Shown here in pieces: positions 22,275 through 34,030 of a stretch of DNA of 64,000 nucleotides (positions are counted from its first letter, which is position 1; each line of letters opens with the position of its first letter). The stretch lies in assembly GCA_026770705.1 (NCBI GenBank), contig JANJGN010000150.1, positions 124,001-188,000 on the forward strand, written 5' to 3'. A program made the translations under genes and the position numbers. Below the pieces are notes generated by a model. The model was not told where the DNA came from and did not search any database. It was given only the letters and a program-made list of their open reading frames with translations. The stretch is from Isurus oxyrinchus. Its lineage: Eukaryota.

Positions 22275-23110
22275 AAAACAAAAATAGCTGGAAAAACTCA
22301 GCAGGTCTGACAGGATCTGCGGAGAGGAAGACACTTGACGTTTTGGGTCTGTATGACTCTTCATCAGAACTAAGGGAATCGAGAAATGAGGTGACGTTTT
22401 AGCTGGTAGAGGGGGGTGGGACAGGTAGAGCTGGATTGTGGGCCAGTGATAGGTGGAGGCAAAGAAGAGGTTGCCAAAGATGTGATAGACAAAAGGACAA
22501 AGGGGTGTTGACGGTGGTGATATTATCTGAGGAATGTGCTAATGGGGACATTAAGGGTAGAAAGCAGGACGAGCAAGAGACAGATAGTCCTAGTGGGGGT
22601 GGGGTGGGGGAAAGGATTGAAATAGGCTAAAAGGTAGAGATACAACAACAGATGTAAAACATTTAAAAATAATGGAAATAGGTGGGAAAAGAAAAATATA
22701 TAAATAAAATAAATATTAAAAATTATCAATGATTGGAAAAGGGAGATTGGAAAGGGGGTGGGGATGGAGGAGAGAGTTCATGATCTGAAATTGTTGAACT
22801 CAATATTCAGTCGGGAAGGCTGTAAAGTGCCAGGTCGGAAGATGAGGTGCTGTTCCTCCAGTTTGTGTTGGGCTTCACTGGAACAATGCAGCAGGCCAAG
22901 GACAGACATGTGGGCATGAGAGCAGGGTGGGGTGTTAAAATGGCAAGCGACAGGGAGGTCTGGGTCATGCTTGTGGACAGACCGAAGGTGTTCATCAGAG
23001 CGATCACCCAGTCTGTGTTTGGTCTGTCCCATGTAGAGGAGACCACATTGGGAGCAGTGAAGGCAGTAGATTAAATTGAGGGAAGTGCAAGTGAAATGCT
23101 GCTTCCAATG
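22275..23110 (-). mobile_element. Penelope-like retroelement 3' fragment (GIY-YIG endonuclease end plus pseudo-LTR)
   Basis: YMGQTKHRLGDR..EHLRSV...PVACHFN...KLEEQHLIFR.GTLQP..LNIEFNNF; terminal repeat with degenerate hammerhead CTGATGAAGAGTC. Confidence 0.85.
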
Positions 23111-25271
23111 ATGCTCCTAATGTACTCGAGCCTGGTACACAGGAACTGGGGAAGGCCAATTCAGCCCCTTTAGCCTTTTACACAGGAACAGGAGGAGGCC
23201 CATTCAGCCCCTCGAGCCTATAACACAGGAACAGGAGGAGGCCCATTCAGCCCACTCAAGCCTGTTACACAGGAACAGGAGGAGGCCCATTCAGCCCAAG
23301 CAGAGCGTGTGGGCAGTTCCTGTCCAGACGAGCAGTCGGACAGGTCCCGGGTAAGTAATGGATCGATTGGAAATCACGGGGGAAGTTCTGAGGGCTCCTA
23401 ATCCATTGTCCTGTCTTCTAAATCAGCACCTTAATACTGACCCTTCAACAGTGCGGTACTCCCTCAGTACTGATCCTCCAACAGTGCAGCACTCCCTGAT
23501 TAATGTCCCTCTGACAGTGCAGCACTCCCACAGTACTGACCCTCCAACAGTGCAGCACTCCCTGATAAATGTCCCTCTGACAGTGCAGCACTCCCTCAGT
23601 ACTGACCCTCAAACAGTGGAGATCTCCCTCAGTACTGACCTTACAATAGTGCAACACTCGCTCAGTAATGACCATCCGACAGTGCAGCACTCCCTCAGTA
23701 CTGACACTGGGGAGTTTCAGTCTACTCTGTGGGGCAGACGTCCCATGAATGGGGTCTTGAATCCCACAACGTTCTGACCCCCTGAATTTGGCTGTGAAAC
23801 CCACTGACCCACAGGAGAAACTCCTGGTCAATGACTGTCCTGTCCACCTCTGAGCAGAAATATCACCACAGGGTCAGGACACAAACGGTTAACAGTTCAC
23901 CAACATCTCAAAACAAGAGCTGCTCTGTCACTTTGATCCAACTTCCTCATTTTGTCTCACAGAGACACATCAACCCTTTCTCATTAAATACACAGAGGGA
24001 GCAGCACAGGAAGAGGTCATTCAGCTCAAGCAGAGCGTGTGGGCAGTTCCTCCCCAGGCGAGCAGTCGGACAGGTCCTGGGTAAGTAACGGAACGATTGG
24101 AATTCACTTCCACCACCAACACCGTCCTTTGTTGTTGTTGTGACTTTATAAAGACAGATTCCAATGATTGATGCCTTTGAAAGATTTTTACTGATAATTG
24201 AGATCTGGTGTGAGGCTCAAGTCTGTTATACAGAACATCTTTCTAGCTCAAGGGATGAGGGAAGTGCAGAGACATGAGATTTGGGATGCCCTGAGGTAGT
24301 GAAAGGTGCTATGGAAATGCAAATCCTTCATTGTTTGTCTTTCTTACAGCCTTGTAACTCTCTGCAGAGCACCTATCATCCCACAGAGAATCAAATTATT
24401 CTGTGAAGACATTGTCTAAAAGCAGTTCTGATCTCTCGAGAGCTGTCGGACAAGAGGTGAGGTCTCATTAACTCCTTTCTCTTTCACAGCTTGAGAGTGA
24501 GATGTGGATGGAATATCTGGGAGTGGACGATGATCGGGAAATCTACTTCCTCTTGTCACTTTCCCAAGGTAATATCATCATCAGCTCAGACAGATTTATG
24601 TTTAACAGTCTTTGTAAAAGATCATTCTTATCTCTTAATCTCTGTAACCTTCTGCAACTCAACCAAACAACGTCCCAGATCTCTGTGTTACTCCAATTCC
24701 GGCCACTTGACCATCCCCCGATTCCCATCACTCCAATACTGGCGGCCGGGCCTACAGCTGCCTGGGGCCTGAGCTCTGGAATTCACTCCCTAAACCTCGG
24801 GGATGGAGGAGCTCAGAGGGTTTCATTTTACTGAGAATCACCACGACCACATCACAGCTGCAGTCAGAATAGACAGAGAGTCCAGCCCTCACACTTCCTG
24901 CACAGTTTCACCATAGCAACCACAATATGGAAATTTTAAAATACTGAAAGTTAAACTGAAGCTCAAACCAGTCAGTGTAGAGAGATGAGATGTTTACACA
25001 GTTTCCCTGTGTATCTTGTAGACACTGTGTTGGGTGGAAGACTGGCTTCACTAAACAGGGTCCTGAGGACCATGAGCCAATGTAGAATGAACTTGTCCAC
25101 TCCTGTGTCCAGGATTCTCTTCCCTCCGTTGTGAAACCTTGGGGGGTTCTTTGTGTGTCCTGTAGATGGTCCACACTGCAGCCACTGTGCCCCAGTGATG
25201 GAGGGGGTGGATATCAAGTCTAGTGGATCTACAAACCTTCCAGAGTTAAATATTGATATTTCTCTCCCCAG

Positions 25272-25647
25272 TTGGACTGTCACAAGAGTGGAAAGGCGAC
25301 ACTCCACGAGAGGTGACAGCGCAGGAAGGTTCGTGTGTACAGATTCCATGTCATTACAGTTATCCAGCACATTTCATAGGGAGATCACGTGTTGGAATCT
25401 GGTTGAAAGGAATAGATGGGAACCCACAGCCTAAATGGTCTATAGCCTTTCATTCCGAGGGTCACAGTCACAGGGATCAAAGATTCCGCCATCGTACCCG
25501 GCTGTCTGGAGACCTGAAAGATGGCGACTGTTCCCTGATTATAAACAAAATCAGACGGGAAGATGCAGGACCTTATTTTTTTCAGAATATAATTTGACAA
25601 CAGGAATAGATACAACTATTATCCTGTAACCCGGCTTCATGTTTCTG
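25272..25647 (+). pseudogene. Gene B V-set exon, disabled at the essential Arg
   Basis: 376 nt; T7 run at 25576-25582 (T6 in gene C paralogs) shifts frame just before AGA; the corrected frame still hits TAA at 25590-25592 (GAA in paralogs). Confidence 0.9.
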
Positions 25648-26122
25648 GTAAGTGCTGTGTTATAATTACTCAACAATTCACATTCAACACTCAATGGGAA
25701 ATAACACAAACTGTGACGTTTACAAATTAACACAAAACACAGCTTATTATAACACACTGTCTGATTCTCAATAACCTGGTGATAGCTTCCAGTTCAGTCC
25801 GAAAGTAACCTCTAATACTCACTTTAATATCAATGATGAAAAGCATTAACTGTATTATCAGGTTATCCACTCCCATCAATCTCTCCTGTCCTGTTTAAAA
25901 GTCTGACGTATCGATAAAAGAAAGATGTGCATTTCTGCAGCGCAATTTACCACCTCAGGAGGATCCAAATCCCTTCACAGCCAATGAAATTATTCCTGAA
26001 TTGTCGTCACAGATGTTAAACACAGCAGGCAGTTTGTGCACAGCAAGATCCAACAAACCACAAGGTGATAAATCACCCAGATCACTGAGGAAATGAGAAG
26101 CCAGTGAACTCAAACCTCTGGT

Positions 26123-26153
26123 CTGATGAAGAGTCATACGGACTCGAAACGTT
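26123..26153 (+). ncRNA. Minimal hammerhead ribozyme motif in a Penelope-derived insertion (~26127-26254)
   Basis: CTGATGA-A-GAGTC-ATACG-GACTC-GAAAC-GTT: both core boxes, 5-bp helix II, palindromic AACGTT helix III; helix I weak. Confidence 0.55.
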
Positions 26154-26506
26154 AACCCTGTCTTCCTCTCCACTGATACTGTCAGACCTGCTGAGTCTTT
26201 CCAGCAATTTTTGTTTTTGTTTCAGATTTCCAGCATCCGCAGTATTCTGCTTTTAACTCCAATCTCTGGTCTGAGCCTCTTCTCTCATCCAGTGTTCTCA
26301 ATTCACATGTCTCGGAGTGAACGTGTATTAAGCTGAGAGACAGAAACACTACTGCCAAAGAGCAAGAAAATCTTTCCTGATCATTGTAACCTCTCAGTTC
26401 TGATATCATCCTTGTAAAAGTGCTTTCTCTTGTGGGACTGTGATTTCTATTTGAACTGATGCTTCACGTTATATTTCTCTAAAAGGATCCATTCTCTGTC
26501 TGTTAG

Positions 26507-26803
26507 ATTTCACAGATAAACCCACGATATTCCCTGCTGAAATTATTGCAGGAAAGCGTGTGGATGTAAGCTGCACCTTCAACACAACGTGCAATGGAAC
26601 AGCAGCACCTGTCTTAACCTGGGACACTCCCACTGACGTACGTGGATCAGTCTCAAACACTGTAACTCAGCATGGTGTCACTCTGACCTATACTTCTGTT
26701 CTGACCCTGATCCCATCACTCAAACACCACGGACACACTCTCAGCTGCAGAGTGAGATATCCATCTGTTTCATCGGAGCGGACCCTCGTACTGACTGTGC
26801 AAT
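26507..26803 (+). pseudogene. Gene B C2-set exon 1 (open frame)
   Basis: 297 nt, nearly identical to 11267-11563 and 50786-51082. Confidence 0.9.
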
Positions 26804-27129
26804 GTAAGTACCGTCATCCTTCATTCTACATCAGCAATCCCTCAGCGCTGACCCTCTGACAGTGCAGCCCATTCTCAGTATCCACATTCTAAGGCCTCTC
26901 TAAGTGCTTCACAGTCGATAGAAGTTAATTGATATTTATTTGATTATTGCTGAATGAAGAGACAAGCTGTCTAAAGTTTTCATCTCACAGACAGTATTCT
27001 CCATGGCAACACCTCCACCTATCAGAGACCACTTGCCAACCAATCAGCACTCTCTTCCCATTAAGTATAAATTGTTGTTCACTTTCTGTTGGTTATCGTG
27101 CGAACGGGCTTCTTGATTCCTGCCCTGAG

Positions 27130-27277
27130 ATCTTAATGTCCCAAAATTCAGAACAAGTTCCAACAATGAGCTGTGGTTGGTGATTCCTCACGTTACATCC
27201 AGGGACATGGACACTATCAATGTGTTCAGAGAATGAACATGGAGCAGTGGAGGGGTTCATAACCATCACTGTGGAAC
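27130..27277 (+). pseudogene. Gene B C2 exon 2 remnant (3' half only)
   Basis: Homologous to the 3' half of 15332-15613 with indels; 5' half replaced by unrelated sequence ~26948-27129. Confidence 0.85.
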
Positions 27278-28952
27278 GTGAGTGTACACAGACTTCAACA
27301 TCTCTCTCAGATTCGAACACTACACAAACGCCCTCAAACATACAGACCTAAATAGACACGTGTAGACACACATATATGACCACACACAAAGACACACTCA
27401 CAAACAAACACACTAGCACAAGACTCCCTCATGGGTTACCTGACCTCCCTCAGTACTGCACTGGAGAGTGGGCTGCATTCTGGGATTTGTGTTCCCATTC
27501 GTATTTATGGAAGAATATGGAAATTACTCGTACAAACACTCAGATGCATAGAGGCACTCGTAGATACTATCTGCTTCTCCAACTCTCTCTCTCTCCCTTT
27601 AAGGAGCTACCTGAAACCTAACCCTTTGACGAAGAACTAGTCCCAACTCCTCCTTATCTGATTCTGTGATTTCTTTTGTGTATCTGAGAGTAAAAGAGAG
27701 GTGAAGAGGTTTAGTACGAGAATTCTTGCTGGTGAAAAGCTTACATCTTGTTCTCATTATTTCCGTGCACATATTTCCCAGTATGTCCAATGCCCCTGTT
27801 TATAATGATGACTGCCTATGTAAACGTCACGCTGTAGTTACAGCCTCCCACCAGTGGTGGCATTGTAGCACTTAATCCTTGTGTTTCCCAGCTTTTCAAG
27901 CAACTCCACTTCCCAGTTTGCTACACAAGCTGTGAGTTCATCAGAATTAAATTATTTCTCAAACAGTAGATTTGATAACTCATTTTATTGAAAACTTCTT
28001 CAGTGCCTCCCTGAAGGGTTTACACTCTCCGGGAAGCAGGAATAGGCTGGATGTTGGGGAGTTCATCTTTTCCCAGAGAGTAGGGATCCTCAGGAATGTG
28101 CTGTCAGTGGGTGTGGTGGTTGCTGATTCTCTGTCACCTTCAAGAGGGATCTGGAGTGGTTACTGACTGGGGGAGAGATCATGGAAGCGGAGAATGATAC
28201 AGCACAGGAGGAGGCCATTCAGCCCATTGAGCCTGTGCCAGGTCTTTCAATGTTCTATCCAATCAGATCCACTAACCACCACTCCACCTTGCCCCCATCT
28301 TCCTCCTTCAAGTGTTTATCCAATTTCCCTTTTGAAAGTTCCTATTGAATCTGCTTCTACCGCCCTTTCAGGCAGCACCTTCCAGATCACAACAACTCAC
28401 TCTGTCAAAACAAATTCTCCTCATCTCCCCCTCCGGTTCATCAATCTGTTTCCCTCTGGTTACCGACCCTCCTGCCCCTTAAATACATCAATACTGTTCA
28501 CCTCAACCACTCCCAGTGGGAGCGAGTTCCACATTCTCCCCTCTCTCTGGGTAAAGATTGGAACTGTTTATTAAGCGGGGGGTGTAAGTCCATGGGGGAG
28601 TCCATCTCGATCCTGCCCGATTCGCACACGCGTCCGAGATGGATTTCCACCCTGCACTAAACGTTTCCAGAATTTTCTACAGCACAATCCTGTACACAGC
28701 GATGGAGAGAAACACTGGACAGGGAGTCCAACAGCACAATGATCCATTCTCACCAATGTTCCACGCTAAGGGGAAAGTTCCGATTGTCCACTCTTAGAGT
28801 GTTTCCAATGAAAACATTCATTCCACATTGAATCCCAGTGGATGGGTCAATATTACAGCAAATGTTGCAGTGATATGAAGCTTGATTGTTCAGCCAGAGT
28901 GAGAGATTGAAAGCGGAGAGTCAGTGATGATTTCTTTCTGTGTGTTCTCTAG

Positions 28953-29092
28953 ACAGTGGAGGAGAGATTCTGCACGTGATCCTGATCCTGGGAATACGAG
29001 CTGTGATATTCCTTGTGGCTGTGTTTATCACTATCACTGGAGTCTGTGTCTGGGAGAGACAAACAGTGAAAGGAAGTCGACAGACTGTTTGA
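28953..29092 (+). pseudogene. Gene B TM exon with intramembrane Arg and short tail (HSGGEILHVILILGIRAVIFLVAVFITITGVCVWERQTVKGSRQTV*)
   Basis: Strong acceptor gttctctAG|, phase 1, long hydrophobic stretch with CGA Arg at 28997-28999, TGA 29090-29092. Confidence 0.8.
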
Positions 29093-29209
29093 AGCTTTGG
29101 ACAGCAACAATCTGGTCAGTCAGTGCGGACAAATAACGTGTGATGTTGGGTTAAGTTGTAATGAAACTGATCAGTGTCCTGGTTAGAATCACCTTCGTAT
29201 CAGAGAGGC

Positions 29210-29815
29210 ATTCCAGCACAGTGGGAGCCCATTCAGCCCATTGAGTCCATGCTGCCTCTCTGTAGAGCAATCCACTCAGTCCCATTCCCCCGCTCTATCC
29301 CTGTATCTCTTCAAGTTTATTTCCCCTCAAATGTCCGTCCAATTTCCTTTTGAAATTGTTCATCGTCTCCGCTTCCACCATCCTCGTAGGCAGCGAGTTC
29401 CAGCTCATTACCACTCGCTGTGTAAAAAAGTTCCTCCTCACATCCCCCCTCTGTCCAAAACCTTCAATCTGTGTCCCCCAGTCCTTGTACCATCAGCTAA
29501 TGGCAACAGCTTCTCTTTGTCTACCTTATCTAAACCCATCATCATCTTGTACACCTCGATCAGATCCCCCCTCAATCTCCTTTGCTCCAAGGAGAACAAC
29601 CCCAGCTTCTCCAACCCAACCTTGTAGCTAAAATCCCTCATCCCTGGACCCATTCTGCTCAATCTCCTCCCTAACCTCTCAAGGACCCTCACTTCCTTCC
29701 CAAAGTGAGGAGACCAGAACTGGACACAATACTCTAGTTGTGACCTAACCAGAGCTTTATAAATGTTCAGCATAACCTCCCTGTGTTTGTACTCAATCCC
29801 TCGATTTATGAAAAG
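29210..29815 (-). mobile_element. CR1 LINE 3' fragment
   Basis: IYKALVRSQLEYCVQFWSP...GLFSLEQRRLRGDLIEVYK. Confidence 0.9.
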
Positions 29816-32089
29816 CTTATTCTTTCCATCAGCACAAACAGCAATTTCCAAGCGGACTCCCATCAGCAGACAGAGTGCAATGAAACATCGGCATGCCTGC
29901 TTCTTCATGTACAGAGAGAAACCTGCAACGAGAGATTCTCCTTCTTCTCCTCAGCAAGCTGAAACTTTTCCTTATACCTGGTGCTCCCCAGTCCTGCTGT
30001 GTGGACACATCATAACCACGGCATTGTCTGGCTGTGTGCAGCCAACATGGTCGAATAGGAATGAACAGAAATGTGACGTTGCTAAACTCTGTTCTCTGAT
30101 TGGAATGTGCTTTCTGAATGCTGCACCTTTTTCATGCTGCGATACAGTGCAGCACTCCCTCAGTTCAAACCCTCCGACAGTGCAGCTCTCTCTCAGTTCA
30201 TACCCTCCGACAGAGCAGCACTCCCTCAGTTCAAACCCTCCGACAGTGCAGCACTCCCTCATTTCAGAGCCTCCGACAGTGCAGCACTCCCTCATTTCAG
30301 ACCCTCCGACAGTGCAGCACTCCCTCATTTCAGAGCCTCCGACAGTGCAGCTCTCCCTCATTTCAGAGCCTCCGACAGTGCAGCACTCCCTCAGTTCAGA
30401 CCCTCCTACAGTGCAGCACTCCCTCAGTTCAAACCCTCCGACAGTGCAGCTCTCCCTCAGTTCAAACCCTCCGACAGTGCAGCACTCCCTCAATTCAGAG
30501 CCTCCGACAGTGCAACACTCCCTCAGCTCAGACCCTCCGACAGTGCAGCACTCCCTCAGTACTGAACCTCCGACAGTGCTGCACTACCTCAGTACTTCTC
30601 CGCCGATGCTGCCAGACCTGCTGAGTTTTTCCAGGTATTTCTGTTTCTGTTTTTGTTTTGAATTTCCAGCATCTGCAGTTTTTTTGCTTTTAGTGCTGGG
30701 CAGTTGCTCAGCAAGGATTCGGGCCACAAAACATTGCGAGTGCTGTGGGTCTGCGCCCCGATTTAGAGAGCTGTGCTTGGCATGCCTATTCTAGTCCCAG
30801 TCCAGTGTGGTGGGGACAGCCTGGCAGTCCTGGGTTGGTCGTGCCCAGCATGGTATGCAGGACGTGGTCAGTCCCTGACACACGTCCATCCTGGGGGTGG
30901 GTGGCTTGATACTAGGCCGCAGGTGGCACAATCCCAGTCAGGGGAGGCATCTGCAGCCTGTCAGTGGGGAGCAGGTAATATAGAGGGTAGGGGTGGGGGT
31001 GGGAATCGAGGGGGGCCGGTGGTCTCTGTAAGTCACAGTACAATGGGCCTCTAGTTGGAGAGAGGTCAGGTCTACATGGGGCATTGGGATGTCAACATCA
31101 GACAGTCTAGGGAGGAGGACTGGGATGTCAACCCCGAACACAATAAGATCAAGGATTAGAGAGGAAGGGAGGAGACTGATTGGAAGGAGGGGAATGTGCA
31201 CATTATGCTCCTCCAGCACGATGGGAGGGACTGTGATGGTTACGGGGGTGGGGGGGTGAAGTGGGAGGGGATAGAAGCTTACCTGGTGGTATTGCCTCAG
31301 CCTCACCCTTTTTCAAGCTGATCCAATGTCGCAGTTGAAGAATAAGCTACAAAACAAATTGGCAGGGGAGGTCTCCCAGGGCCTGTGGGAGACATCACCC
31401 ACTGCATCTTCGGCCTGTTTGAAGGGGCACCCGAACAATTCCGGCTTTTCCAAATGATGAGGAAGACACAGCTGCACCCCGAGTCCCCTACTGGGGATCC
31501 AGAAGGTTGCAATAGCGCTGCGAGGGACTCATGGGCTCCACAGTGACTCCCTAATTAGCGACTGGAAGGTTTATGTTCATTTATCTTTATTATCCGTTCA
31601 TATTGAGCAATGGAGCTCCTGATTTGTCACCTTTCTGTACCTCGTCCAATGCTTCTGTTATCAGGACTTCCACATCGATGTGAAAGAGCCATGATGATAG
31701 CAGACAGTCGCACAATGGGAATGGCACTAGGCCAGTGATCCAGAGGCCCAGGTGAATGCTTTGAAGGCACGGGTTCAAATCCCACCACAGCAGCTGGAGG
31801 AATTTCAATTCGATTAATCAATAAATTTAATTGATTGATACATTTTTTTCTTCTTCATTTCAGGGATGTTGGTGTCGCTGACTAGGCCAGTATTTGTTGC
31901 CCATCCCCAATTGCCTTTGAGAACATCTGGATATCTGAGTTAGGATCAGGAGTAGGTCACTCAGTCCCTCGAACCTGCTCCGCCATTCAGTAAGATCATG
32001 GCTGATCTGATTGTCACCTCAACCTCACATTCCTGCCTACCCCCAATGACCTTTCACCCCCTTGTTAATCAAGAATCTATCTAGCTCTG

Positions 32090-34030
32090 TGGAAGGGGAG
32101 CCAATCAATCGGGCTGCTTTGTCCTGGATGGTGTCGAGCTTCTTGAGTGTTGTTGGAGCTGCACTCATCCAGGCATGTGGAGAGTATTCCATCACACTCC
32201 TGACTTGTGCGTTGTAGATGGTGGACAGGCTTTGGGGAGTCAGGAGGTGAGTTACTGTCTGCAGGGTTCCCAGCCTCTGACCTGCTCTTGCAGCCACAGT
32301 GTTTATATGGCTGGTCCAGTTCAGTTTCTGCTCAATGGTAACTCCCAGGATGTTGATATTGGGGGATTCATTGATGGTAATGCCATTGAATGTCAAGGGG
32401 CGATGGTTATGAATGGTCTGTGGAATATTCTGGTACAAAATTTCAACACTCGGACTCCAGATGCAATATTCAAGTGGTTCCTTTATTAGGCATGTGGGGA
32501 GCAAACGCTGGGCAGTCCAGGCGCTTCTCCACCGAGGTTCAAATGAGCACAGTTTATATATTTTTACTCTCAGTTACAAGGTAATGGTATTAGTTAGACA
32601 AAGGCCACAGCACAATGATCCTCCGGTGGGCTGATAATTGTGTTCTTGTACAGTAATTACAGGGCAGAGACTGGCTATTGTCCTTTTGAGACAGCAAAGA
32701 ATCTATGTTTGTTCGATACAAAAGGTTTCTGGGGGCTGACTGGATGTGGTTCAAGGCCATCGGACGGTGTGAAATAACCTTCCCCATTTCTTGATTGAGT
32801 CACCCAGTGTCCTTGTGTGTGTGTCTCCCATTTCCTCATTGCAAATTTCCAACTGAGCCCTTAGTACAGGTTTTTAAGTTTTCACGTAAGGATGTGTACG
32901 CTTTGGCGCCCTAGCTGCTGGTCCTGGCTGGCTCTTGAACATAAATCCAAATTTTCTGCACCTTCAATTAGATTCTCTCTTGTTGGAGCTGGTCATTGCC
33001 TGGTACTTGTGTGGCATGAATGTTACTTGTCACCTGTCAGCCCAAGCCTGGATGTTGTCCAGGTCTTGCTGCAAATGGACATAACTTGCTTCAGTATCTG
33101 AGGAGCCGTGAATGATGCTGAACATTGTGCAAACATCTGCAAACATCCCCATTTCTGACCTTATGATGGAAGGAAGGTCATTGATGAAGCAGTTGAAGAT
33201 GTTTGAGCCTAGGACACTACCCTGAGTAACTCCTGCAGTGATGTCCTGGAACTGAGATGATTGACCCCCAATAATCACAACCATCGTCCTTTGTGCTGGG
33301 TATGACTCCAAGCAGGGAAGAGTTTTCCCCCGATTCCCATTGACTCCAGTTTTGCTCGGGCTCCTTGATTTGCCACACTCAGTCAAATGCTGCCTTGATG
33401 TCAAGGGCAGTCCCTCTCACCTCTGGAGTTCAGCTCATTTGTGCATGTTTGAACCAAGGCTGTAATGAGGCCAGGAGCTGAATGATCCTGGTGGAACACA
33501 AACTGAGCGTCAGTGAGCAGGTTCTTGCTAAGCAGGTGCTGCTTGCAAGCGCTGTTGATGACCCCTTCCATTACTTTAGTAATGATCAAGAATAGACTGC
33601 TGGGCATTTGGCTGGGTTGGATTTGTCCTGCTTTTTGTGTACAGGACGTACCCCATAGCCGGGTAGTTGCCAGTGTTGCAGCTGTACTAGAAAATTCCAG
33701 AAAAGCTTGGCTAGGGGCGCAGCAAGTTCTGGAGCACAAGTCTTCAGTACTATTGCCAGAATATTTTCAGGGCCTGGAGCCTTTGCAATATCCAGTGCCT
33801 TCAGCCCTTTCTTGATGTCACATGGAATTAATCGAATTGGCTAAAGATTGGCATCTGTGATGCTGGGGACCTCCGGAGGAGGCCGAGATGGATCACCCAC
33901 TCAGCACTTCTGGCTGAAGATTGTTGCGCATGCTTCAGTCTTGTCTTTTGCACCGATGTGCTGGGCTCCTCCATCATTGAGGATGGGGATATTTGTGGAG
34001 CCTCCTCCTCCAGTGAGTTGTTTAATTGTC
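32090..34030 (-). mobile_element. Fragmented CR1/L2-group LINE RT
   Basis: AGVTQGSVLG...FINDLP...MFADVC; ILGVTIEQKLNW...VMEYSP; interrupted by unrelated sequence ~32410-32980. Confidence 0.8.

Larger units (their letters stand above)
23996..30140 (+). pseudogene. Siglec-like gene B, activating-type pseudogene
   Basis: UTR exon 23996-24080; leader 24530-24568 with 1-nt deletion; V exon 25272-25647 with +1 T and TAA; intact C2 26507-26803; broken C2 ~27130-27277; TM exon 28953-29092; 3'UTR-like block ~30025-30140. Confidence 0.85.

Noticed and set aside
27830-27870. CTCF-like motif recurring at ~16095, 21150, 27845 and 42915
   Set aside because: Does not fit the CTCF core without gaps; more likely a dispersed repeat fragment
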